DNA from: Dehalococcoidia bacterium
GTDB taxonomy: Bacteria > Chloroflexota > Dehalococcoidia > SZUA-161
Direction: 5' to 3'
DNA length: 59,720 nucleotides
Assembly (NCBI GenBank): GCA_014859215.1
Contig: JACUUS010000001.1
Coordinates: 1-59,720 of the forward strand
The notes under the pieces: model-generated
What the model was told of the DNA's origin: nothing
Databases searched by the model: none
What the model saw: the letters and a program-made list of their open reading frames with translations, nothing else
Part shown: positions 19,767 to 27,363 of the stretch, piece by piece
Position numbering within the stretch: position 1 is the stretch's first letter
Layout of the letters: every line of letters starts with the position of its first letter
Made by a program: the position numbers and the translations under genes

Positions 19767-20734
19767 GAACCAACGTTTGAGTGCAAATAGGCCTCGAGAG
19801 TGCGGGCAGTTTCCTGGACGTGAGCTGTGATCGCGGGTTTATCATCGCTCGAAGGGCTATCTATCCCGGGATGGAGAGAGAGTCTCTGGATAAGAACGGC
19901 GGCCAGTCTCGACAGTTGAGGCAGGCATTCGTCAGCCTTGAGATTCTCCCCGAGTTCCAACCAGGCGCACAGAAGCCTGTACCGGAACGCGAAGAGGAAT
20001 ATGTACCTGATGTCAAACCATGAGGTCAAATGCGGACTCTCGGCTACGATCCCGGTAAATTCCCTCGGTTCCGGAGCATCATTCCCAAGCGTTTCCCCGA
20101 TAACCTGAAGCGTGGAAACAACTTTGCGCAAGACAGAGGAAGCATCACGCGCGAGAACGGCGTCATTGACCGCTTTCAACTGGTTGACGATGTCTACGGA
20201 TTGCAGCTCCGCGAGAGCCGTCGCCATTTCACCGGCCTGGCTGGTTGAGGCATCGATGCCGTCCCAGCCTTCATATGTGAGGTCACGAAAAATTCCAACG
20301 AGCAGGTCCACCACGAGCCAGGTGACGCACGCCGTCCTGTCCAGAAAGAGCCTGTACTGCGCTTTACGCTCCCGGAGCAGGTTCTGCTGGCGCAGGGTCT
20401 CTAGAGAGGCTTTGAGATCCCGACAGAATGCGACCGCGGCTTCGCCCTTAGCCAGCGACAGGCGGCTGGCGGCGCGTTCGCCCCTCGAGCCGGCCCATTC
20501 CAGCACCAGCGTGGTTGAAGAATCTCTGACTTTGGCGGACGTGATATCCGCCAATCTTATGGAAAATTCCAGGTGGGGTGACGAAAAAAAGTTGTTCTTC
20601 CTTTCGAAAAGGAGACTCTTGCTTGTCAACAAGAGCTTGCCCTTACCCACCTTATCGAGTTGCACATTCTTGAGCTCGGCCAGCGGGTGTTCTTCGGGCA
20701 GCGGCGGGGCCTGTATCTCGGCGACAGGACTCAT
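19763..20734 (-). CDS. hypothetical protein: N-terminal PH/GRAM-like domain plus C-terminal all-helical domain
   Basis: 323 aa. The GKGKLLLTSKSLLFERK...FSIRLADITSAKV pattern resembles PH/GRAM/bPH beta-sandwich domains. The start forms an ATGA overlap with the upstream gene. Confidence 0.5.
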   Translation of the reverse strand: MSPVAEIQAPPLPEEHPLAELKNVQLDKVGKGKLLLTSKSLLFERKNNFFSSPHLEFSIRLADITSAKVRDSSTTLVLEWAGSRGERAASRLSLAKGEAAVAFCRDLKASLETLRQQNLLRERKAQYRLFLDRTACVTWLVVDLLVGIFRDLTYEGWDGIDASTSQAGEMATALAELQSVDIVNQLKAVNDAVLARDASSVLRKVVSTLQVIGETLGNDAPEPREFTGIVAESPHLTSWFDIRYIFLFAFRYRLLCAWLELGENLKADECLPQLSRLAAVLIQRLSLHPGIDSPSSDDKPAITAHVQETARTLEAYLHSNVGS

Positions 20735-23097
20735 GCAGCAGCCTCGTTATGGCTCGCTTTGACCACCTGCCTGTGCCTGATGGCGCTCTGCCGGGCATCG
20801 AAGACAGCCTTATCCGGGTGAGCAGCGGCGTACATTCGCAGGTATTCCAGAGCATATTTCGAATTCATGGGGAGGTCCGAGCACATGATTTCCTGTGAAC
20901 GTGCGAACTTGTCATCGATGATGTACTCAATGTTGGGGTAGTTAATAAGGAAATCATTCATCTGGTGGTAGTTCTGGATCGCTCTGGCCTGGAGCTCGAT
21001 AGCTTCCAGCAACCTGTCCATGAAGATGAAGCGTCTGCTGATTGCATCATCCTCAAGCGTATTTGCAGCCGAGTTGAGCAGCTCTTGCGCTTCGGCCGCT
21101 GTGTGGCTGTTCTTGCCCCAGGAATACCCATTAGGGCATCTGCGGGTGTTGCCCTCCTCGAGAGCGCGGATGAGAGAGTTGAAATCTCGTACGGCACCGG
21201 TTGCGGCGTCCATCAATTTACGGCTTTGTTCGACGATAACTATAACGTGTGCCAGCATCCGAGAGCCCTGAACGGCACTGGCGATGGAATCGAGTTCCCC
21301 GGCTTTGGTGCGGCAGAGGTCTGCCGACTTCGCATCTCCGACGGATTCGAAAATAGGGGCGAGCCTGGTAAGGAGAATAGCCTTGAGTCTCTCCGACATG
21401 GAAGCGACCCGGCCCGCAAGTTCAACTATCGAGTTCTCGATTCGGCCATCTATAATCTGCAGGTCTTCGGATATGGTCCGTGCAGCTTCCTCGAATCTAC
21501 CCTGCTTTACAAATCCGTGGCCGATGTCGATGGTGGTGAGCGAAAACTCGGGATCGATCTCGTCCTGAATCGTGTTAGAGACTACGTCCCCTGCGGATAC
21601 GAGTTCTGTGGCCAGTTGCTTGAAAGCATTATTGAGCTTTTCCTGCTCAGCAAGAGCGGTGTCGAAGTCATCCACATGCAGGGCCAACTGGACCGGCGCG
21701 ATAACGCCGTTGATAGCCGGGATGCCGAGGGCACAGGCTTCGTCGACCGTGGCTTTGTACAGGCGTTTAGACTCCTCCAGGTACTTGATGAGCTTATCCT
21801 CGAGCTGCGCCTGCAGCAGGGAAAGCTGTTCGCGCATCGCGTGAAATTCACCGCAACTCATTTCGAGCCGGGGCAGGCTAAGGGCGCCTTCGCTTTCGAG
21901 GGTGAGCGCTACTTTTTCCTCGCACTGCGCAATCGAAGCCTTTTCATCGCCCAGGTCCCTGGTACGACAGACGCCGGCAAACTCATGAAGCCGCCTCCTG
22001 GTGCTGTCCAGGAGCTCGTAGAGCTCCAGAGAGAGGCCCGCCAGCACTCCCCTGAACCTCACTTTTGAATCGCGCCGTGACAGCCAGGTCTCCACTGTTG
22101 AAGCCAGGCCTGCGAATGCGAGCATTGCCCCCATCAGGATGCCGATGTTTGCCAGGTCGGAGAAAGCGGTCCTGTACCCCAGCGGTTTTTCCAGAAGCTG
22201 GAGGGGTACAAGGAATACGAGCGCCATTAGCAGTACAAGGAACACAGGGTTCAGAGCGCGCAGCAGAGAGTTGGTGTCTCCGAGCTTCCTCAGAGGGCTG
22301 AGAAGGGCTGGTGTGACCAGTACTGACGCGTACATGGAGAGGACGAGGACCACTCCCCCCCACCCCTCGATGAAGTAGGGTGAGAAATAGCTAAACCGGC
22401 TTATGTCGTGACTCAGCTGCCCATTGAATGCCGCTTTTAGTGAAGAAAGGTCCAGGTAGCTCAAAGCGGGCAACTGGGCATACTCCACCCGCAGGAAGAG
22501 GGGAAGCATTTCTCCTTCGGCAAGAGGGGGATATGGCATAACCAGGAAGGGCAGGTAAAAAACAATAAAAGCGAAAACGGCCCATCCACCGCTGACAGTT
22601 GATCCCCTGAGCCGGAAAAGGGTAATGGCTGCGAGTAATGCGAAAGAGACAACGAAATACGGAGTGAGCATCAGTACGCCGGCCGCTGCACCTACAGTAA
22701 CACCCAGTATGGCTCCTGTAAGCCCGGTCAGAGCGAAGGGAAGCATGAGCGCAATGGTACCGAGCGATATAAAAGCCCACAGCGCGCCATCGAGCTGGTA
22801 CGAGTATGCAGGCGATGCGAACAGGAGCATTAGTACGAGAGCGATCGCGGGCCACCGGTACGCCAGCAGCGCGCACAGGAGCGCGAGGAACACGCACATA
22901 GCGGGGGGATAAAAGGGCAGGAAGTAGTAGACTACGAGTGAGGTGATGAGGAAGATCAGAGATGTGGCGAGCTTGCCGCAGAACTCCCGGAAGGCTTTCT
23001 CACTGTTCCCTACGTCACATCCTTGCAGCAGCCCCTCACCGGTGTCTTCGGTAACTTGCAGCGAAGGCAAGGTATTCTCCATAAGATCCGTTACCAC
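20731..23097 (-). CDS. polytopic membrane protein (~8-9 predicted TM helices) with ~440-aa cytoplasmic helical/coiled-coil C-terminal domain
   Basis: 788 aa. Residues ~45-340 are almost continuous hydrophobic helices. The rest is amphipathic and helical, rich in E/K/L/A. The tracked start is GTG at 23097 with no clear SD, and an ATG lies at 23082, so the start is uncertain. Confidence 0.6.
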   Translation of the reverse strand: MVTDLMENTLPSLQVTEDTGEGLLQGCDVGNSEKAFREFCGKLATSLIFLITSLVVYYFLPFYPPAMCVFLALLCALLAYRWPAIALVLMLLFASPAYSYQLDGALWAFISLGTIALMLPFALTGLTGAILGVTVGAAAGVLMLTPYFVVSFALLAAITLFRLRGSTVSGGWAVFAFIVFYLPFLVMPYPPLAEGEMLPLFLRVEYAQLPALSYLDLSSLKAAFNGQLSHDISRFSYFSPYFIEGWGGVVLVLSMYASVLVTPALLSPLRKLGDTNSLLRALNPVFLVLLMALVFLVPLQLLEKPLGYRTAFSDLANIGILMGAMLAFAGLASTVETWLSRRDSKVRFRGVLAGLSLELYELLDSTRRRLHEFAGVCRTRDLGDEKASIAQCEEKVALTLESEGALSLPRLEMSCGEFHAMREQLSLLQAQLEDKLIKYLEESKRLYKATVDEACALGIPAINGVIAPVQLALHVDDFDTALAEQEKLNNAFKQLATELVSAGDVVSNTIQDEIDPEFSLTTIDIGHGFVKQGRFEEAARTISEDLQIIDGRIENSIVELAGRVASMSERLKAILLTRLAPIFESVGDAKSADLCRTKAGELDSIASAVQGSRMLAHVIVIVEQSRKLMDAATGAVRDFNSLIRALEEGNTRRCPNGYSWGKNSHTAAEAQELLNSAANTLEDDAISRRFIFMDRLLEAIELQARAIQNYHQMNDFLINYPNIEYIIDDKFARSQEIMCSDLPMNSKYALEYLRMYAAAHPDKAVFDARQSAIRHRQVVKASHNEAAA

Positions 23098-23111
23098 GCA
23101 TTTTACGTTTC

Positions 23112-25838
23112 TTAGCCGCCGGCGATTTTCTCACCAGGCCCGGGTATGTCTGTAACCTCCTCCAGACCGTTGCCGTCGAAGGAAGCATCCATGCCGTGCT
23201 CGAGCAGGAACGAATGGGCAAGCCTCTTCTCTTCCTGGGTGGTGTGGCTGTAAATGTGCTTCATTTCGCTGTAGCATTCCAGGAATTCCGGCTCCGCCCG
23301 GGCGGCGATAATAAGGAATCTGACAGTCCAGGGATCGGAAGAATCGATTTCGCGTATGGCAATACTCCTGGAGGCATCCTCCTTCACATAACCGGAGAGG
23401 GTCGCCCTCACGTCAGCAGCCAGATCATGGTCCCATATACCGCGGGGCGAGACTATGGCAAACCAGATGTAATCGGTCTTGTATTGTGAAGTGAGGCCCA
23501 TCACGCCGGGAACCCGGAAGATGCCAAGCACGCTGGACAGGTATTCCTTAAGATGGTCCTTGTCTACGATTTCATTAAGTATGTTTTCGTTGGACAGCGA
23601 CGCTTCATCCTCCATAAGGATTCTCTGCATCAGCTTAAGCTGGACGTCCTCCGTCAACTCGGCGGTGCGATTGTAGAAACCCTTGTCCTTTACCATTGCA
23701 TTCATTTTCTCGTAATGCCGGTTTGCCAGCTCGGTGATCTCGGCGAGAAGCTTGCGGTAATCGGAGTTGACGTCGAATCGCCTCTCGATAGCCGTGTACT
23801 CGCTCATCTTGGCCTGTACCTGCTCAAGGCCCTCGGACTGCAGACGAATGTCTTCGTCTACCGATGTCAGGGCATGGTCCAGTTTCTTCCGCCGGTCATC
23901 CCAGAGTTTCTTCTTGCCGCCGGCCAGGAATCCGAGCTTGATATCACTCACCTCCCTGCTCGCGCGTGTCCTTTCAACCTGTTTACTCTTGCGGTTAAGC
24001 TCGAGATTGTCCAGCGCGGACGTCAGGCTGGCAGCCTCTTCTTCCAGTACCCTCTTGACCCTGCGGCAATTGACCAGCAGGGAATCCATGCTTTTCAGCT
24101 GGATATTGAGTGGAGTGAACATTGACGAGAGAAGTGAGAACAGGACCACAAGCTCGGGATTTATGATCCGCTCGACGCGTGTAAGGGCTGCCTGCTGATT
24201 CTCGGTCTTTTCGCTTTTTACCAGGTTCTTCTGAAGCTTGTCAGCCAGCTTCTTGGTCTCGAGGTAGCGGCGCAGACTCCGCAGGTAGTCCTTTATCATC
24301 GCAGCGAGTTCGCTGACATCATTGACCAACTGCACTTCCTTCGCGGTCAGTTGCTGAGCGCTGGGGAGGCTGTCTCGCAGGTTCTCAAGGATGTCGTCTA
24401 CCTCGCGCAGAAATTCGCCGTAGTTCTTTGATATGCGTGCCGCGAGTTCGATGAGCCTGGACGCCTGTTTCCGGATTAGAGACTCCACTGTTCCTTCGGG
24501 CGTATCCAGACCAATGGCCATGACGGGCCGGCCCAGCTCATTCACCTGGGCCTTGATAGGGTCGTCGACACCCTTGAGGTGCATTATGAATTCGGTCTCA
24601 ATGGAGCGGTCGGCATTGATGAGGTTCTCAACGGTTTCGTCGAAAGCATCCTCGTTGAATTTGCCGGCTTCGATAAGCTGCTGCCTGTAGATCTCCCGGA
24701 GCTCCTGGTAGCAGAGTTCGAGGATCTTCGCCACGCCGCCGACTTCTGTCGGATGTGTGCCAAGGTACACTTCCTTCTTCTCTCGCCTCAAGGCCCGGAC
24801 CTTGTCCAATCGGTGCAGGAATATCTTGGTCAGGTCGATGAACTCGGTGATAGGATACGTGATGCTTATCGTTGAAAGCACGTGCAGCCACCGACCATTC
24901 ATGTCGATATTGGAGCCGATATTGCTGAGTAGATCGGCGAGGTCGAAGTTCATGGAAGTCATCAAAATGTCGACAATGGCGTCATCGATCAGGCGTTTGG
25001 CGTCGATCAGGCTGGCAGTCTTGCTGTACGCAGGCCCGAGCGGCATGCACAGAAAAGCGCTGAACGGGTTCTCGTAGGTGTGCCCGAAGCGGGCCGTCAC
25101 CCTGGCGTTGCTCTGCTTGTTCACGGCCATGCCTGTTTCAAGGAGGGCGCTGAAGGCGGAGGTGCCTTTGGCCGGAGGATCATCGCCCGAGCAAGGCAGT
25201 ATGCACAGGCCGATAATAGGTACGCCGCTGCCCAGTTTGCGGCGAAGATGCCTGGCGAAATCGAGGACCATGCCGCTGCCGCTGCCGCCACCCAGGCCGA
25301 AGACGAGGAATACCACAGGCTGGATAGTGGACGTGAAAAGGTGCTCCTTGAAGGTGTCCATGTAGTTGTCCAGCAATCTCAGGTGGTGATAGTTCAGTCC
25401 ATAGATGGCCTTGGAGAGCGCCCGTCGCCGGCCCACTCCGCCTGCCAGCGGCGGTATATCCATGGAAGAAGCAAGCCACGGCTGATAGTCCGCGCCGACC
25501 TTCACGCCTTCGCGCTTCAGGTACTGCGGGAACTTGTTGATAAAATCGAACATGCTCTCCGGAGTCGGAAACTTGACGGACTTCGCCGTGAGAGAAATCT
25601 TATCCGAAGGTATGCCCCTTTCCCGGAGCTCCTCGAACAGGTTCCTGGCTGAGACCTCCAGGCTTTGAATATCATGGTCGGCGACATCGATAGCCAGGCA
25701 GGAAACCCTGACACCCTCTTTCTTGACCAGGGACAGCAGGGTGTTGCGGTTATTAATGAAGGCCTCCACAATATTCACGCCGGCTCCGCCCAGACCTACC
25801 AGCTGTATAGACGAGTTATATGTCCCGAAACGAGCCAT
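23112..25838 (-). CDS. FtsZ/tubulin-superfamily GTPase-like protein with ~600-aa coiled-coil C-terminal extension (paralogue A)
   Basis: - 908 aa.
- T1 loop IQLVGLGGAGVNIVEAF (nt 25779-25796), compared with FtsZ IKVIGVGGGGxNAV.
- T3-like loop AGGVGRRRA.
- T4 signature GLGGGSGSG (nt 25272-25292).
- T7-type NFDLAD, i.e. NxDxxD (nt 24933-24950).
- A strong SD, GGGAGG, lies 5 nt upstream of the ATG. Confidence 0.7.
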   Translation of the reverse strand: MARFGTYNSSIQLVGLGGAGVNIVEAFINNRNTLLSLVKKEGVRVSCLAIDVADHDIQSLEVSARNLFEELRERGIPSDKISLTAKSVKFPTPESMFDFINKFPQYLKREGVKVGADYQPWLASSMDIPPLAGGVGRRRALSKAIYGLNYHHLRLLDNYMDTFKEHLFTSTIQPVVFLVFGLGGGSGSGMVLDFARHLRRKLGSGVPIIGLCILPCSGDDPPAKGTSAFSALLETGMAVNKQSNARVTARFGHTYENPFSAFLCMPLGPAYSKTASLIDAKRLIDDAIVDILMTSMNFDLADLLSNIGSNIDMNGRWLHVLSTISITYPITEFIDLTKIFLHRLDKVRALRREKKEVYLGTHPTEVGGVAKILELCYQELREIYRQQLIEAGKFNEDAFDETVENLINADRSIETEFIMHLKGVDDPIKAQVNELGRPVMAIGLDTPEGTVESLIRKQASRLIELAARISKNYGEFLREVDDILENLRDSLPSAQQLTAKEVQLVNDVSELAAMIKDYLRSLRRYLETKKLADKLQKNLVKSEKTENQQAALTRVERIINPELVVLFSLLSSMFTPLNIQLKSMDSLLVNCRRVKRVLEEEAASLTSALDNLELNRKSKQVERTRASREVSDIKLGFLAGGKKKLWDDRRKKLDHALTSVDEDIRLQSEGLEQVQAKMSEYTAIERRFDVNSDYRKLLAEITELANRHYEKMNAMVKDKGFYNRTAELTEDVQLKLMQRILMEDEASLSNENILNEIVDKDHLKEYLSSVLGIFRVPGVMGLTSQYKTDYIWFAIVSPRGIWDHDLAADVRATLSGYVKEDASRSIAIREIDSSDPWTVRFLIIAARAEPEFLECYSEMKHIYSHTTQEEKRLAHSFLLEHGMDASFDGNGLEEVTDIPGPGEKIAGG

Positions 25839-25840
25839 GG

Positions 25841-26449
25841 TTACCTCCCACTGATCCTCTCAAGCTGCTGCTTGACCTGTTCCAGATCCCGACCGAGTTG
25901 CTTGTCTATCTTGGTCAGTCTTACGGATAAGACATCCAGCTTGCCCGCTTCCTCATCAATCTGCTGGCGTACAAGGCTGCCGCCTGATCTTGACCTGAGG
26001 AAGAGGAGGAAGAAAATGACCGCAAACACAGCGGCGATGGCTATGGCTACAATATATGGCATGAACGATACCTGGGACGAGGCTACCGGAAATCCCGAGG
26101 CAGACGTCGGAAGCGTTCCCAGCAGAGCCGTCGCGCTCTCAACCAGTCCTTTCGCGCTCAGGTCCTTGGCGACCTTGATCACGCTGTCGGCCAGGCTTGC
26201 GTACCGGGGTTCGACGACAGAAGTCTGGAGAAGGTTCTGCTTGCTCGTCAGGAGTTGTTCGTAGGCTACTATGGCCTGGTCCTTAACATCGACACTGTAT
26301 TCGTCCAGCAGGGTGTCCTGAGGACCGAGAAGAAGTCTCACCATGCCTACAGGCCTGATGAAATGCAGGTAATCACCATTTGATATCTTCTCAGATGTAT
26401 AGTCCGAGGGCACAGTCCCCGTCAGGGCAAACCTGGCTGTCCCTTCCAC
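25841..26449 (-). CDS. single-pass membrane protein with cytoplasmic coiled-coil tail; probably the 3' part of a larger frame interrupted by TAG
   Basis: 202 aa from a GTG with no convincing SD. It has one TM helix (MPYIVAIAIAAVFAVIFFLLFL) followed by RSRS and a heptad-like tail. It lies in the same frame as ORF 26480-26794, separated only by TAG plus 10 sense codons. Confidence 0.5.
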   Translation of the reverse strand: MEGTARFALTGTVPSDYTSEKISNGDYLHFIRPVGMVRLLLGPQDTLLDEYSVDVKDQAIVAYEQLLTSKQNLLQTSVVEPRYASLADSVIKVAKDLSAKGLVESATALLGTLPTSASGFPVASSQVSFMPYIVAIAIAAVFAVIFFLLFLRSRSGGSLVRQQIDEEAGKLDVLSVRLTKIDKQLGRDLEQVKQQLERISGR

Positions 26450-26479
26450 CCCGTTGAACCTGATTACCGGCTGCCCTGG

Positions 26480-26794
26480 CTACCAGGTATCGGTATTGAC
26501 ACCTGCATAATCGTTTTCAAGCCGCCAGTACACATCGCCTATTTTTCGCAGGGGAGTGCTGAGGCCCAGAAGTGTATCTTCCAGTCCCACCCCAATGTCG
26601 ACTTCCAAAGTGACTGTGTATGTTGCGCCTGCCATCAGCGGCCCTTTGGTTACATCGCTGCCATCGATATTCCTGACGATGCATGATGATATGAGGGCTG
26701 GTGAGGGGCTCTGGGCTGACACTGAGGCAGGGAATGCAAGAGCGAGGACTGGGACTACGAGCATAACTAGTGCCAGAAGTCTCACCTTGTTCAT
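26480..26794 (-). CDS. small secreted protein (Sec signal peptide); probably the 5' part of the frame continued in 25841-26449
   Basis: The start is set to the ATG at 26794 (MNKVRLLALVMLVVPVLALAFPASVSA/QSP), with AAGGAG 8 nt upstream. The tracked GTG at 26803 is less likely. The mature part is beta-rich. Confidence 0.55.
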   Translation of the reverse strand: MNKVRLLALVMLVVPVLALAFPASVSAQSPSPALISSCIVRNIDGSDVTKGPLMAGATYTVTLEVDIGVGLEDTLLGLSTPLRKIGDVYWRLENDYAGVNTDTW

Positions 26795-27017
26795 AACATA
26801 CACTCCTTTAATTCACCGGGTTCATTGTCTGTCGATACGCCGCTCAGGGTAAGGGGCCCGAGGCCTTGCCACCTCATCACATCAGCCCATCCCTCCCCTC
26901 ATACCTTGAGCCGGAGTTTGCCCGGGTGAATCTGGAGACTTCTGAAAGCTGATAAAGAACGGCAAACCACCCACTGCCCGGCGGACTGACGAAAAGGCCC
27001 CGCCCGGCATTGTGCCA

Positions 27018-27046
27018 AGAATAGCATCGTGCTTTGGTGGTGTCAA
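27018..27046 (-). promoter_or_regulatory. candidate sigma70-type promoter for the FtsZ-like operon
   Basis: The minus strand reads TTGACA (27046-27041), a 17-nt spacer, then TATTCT (27023-27018). It would give a leader of about 215 nt before the ATG at 26794. Confidence 0.35.
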
Positions 27047-27363
27047 CAGCCTTTTCGTGGTGCCCCATTCGTACTACTTCGAGTTAGCCACGGGCGCACA
27101 GGTACTACCATAGCCAGTCTCCAAGCACCGGCCCAGAGTATGCCCTGGGTTGAAGGAAAATGAGTCCGTATTGATGTATAAGTAGGGACTGTCCTGATAC
27201 CCTATACTGAATTTTTAGTCCGCTTTCCGAAGGTTGTATGGACTGCTCTACATTTATCATTTTTGCCAGGCTTTGTCAACCCTGTCCAGATATGAACTGT
27301 GCACGACGGCAGGGCTCGCCGGAGAGCCTGTCTTTTGCTAAACTGGGGATGGGAGGCAACAAG

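Noticed and set aside
18384-25838. Interpreting either FtsZ-like gene as the housekeeping cell-division ftsZ
   Set aside because: - Both deviate strongly from the highly conserved FtsZ sequence (zinc ribbon, 600-aa coiled coil).
- Both lack the C-terminal FtsA/ZipA-binding peptide.
- Neither is flanked by dcw-cluster genes.
26480-26482. The in-frame TAG as a pyrrolysine codon or a sign of genome-wide stop-codon reassignment
   Set aside because: TAG clearly terminates other well-supported genes in the window (GH57 at 1739, MOSC at 43521, USP at 32112, NifS at 41148). No pylS, pylB, pylC or pylD-like genes, or methylamine methyltransferases, are present.
26877-27068. 63-aa minus ORF in the intergenic region upstream of the FtsZ-like operon
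   Set aside because: It has no SD and an odd composition, and it overlaps the candidate promoter. This is more likely untranslated leader or promoter DNA.
27238-27363. N-terminal extension of the MBL hydrolase ORF
   Set aside because: It is Cys/Arg-rich, non-conserved-looking sequence with no SD. The ATG at 27364 is preceded by GGGAGG at optimal spacing.
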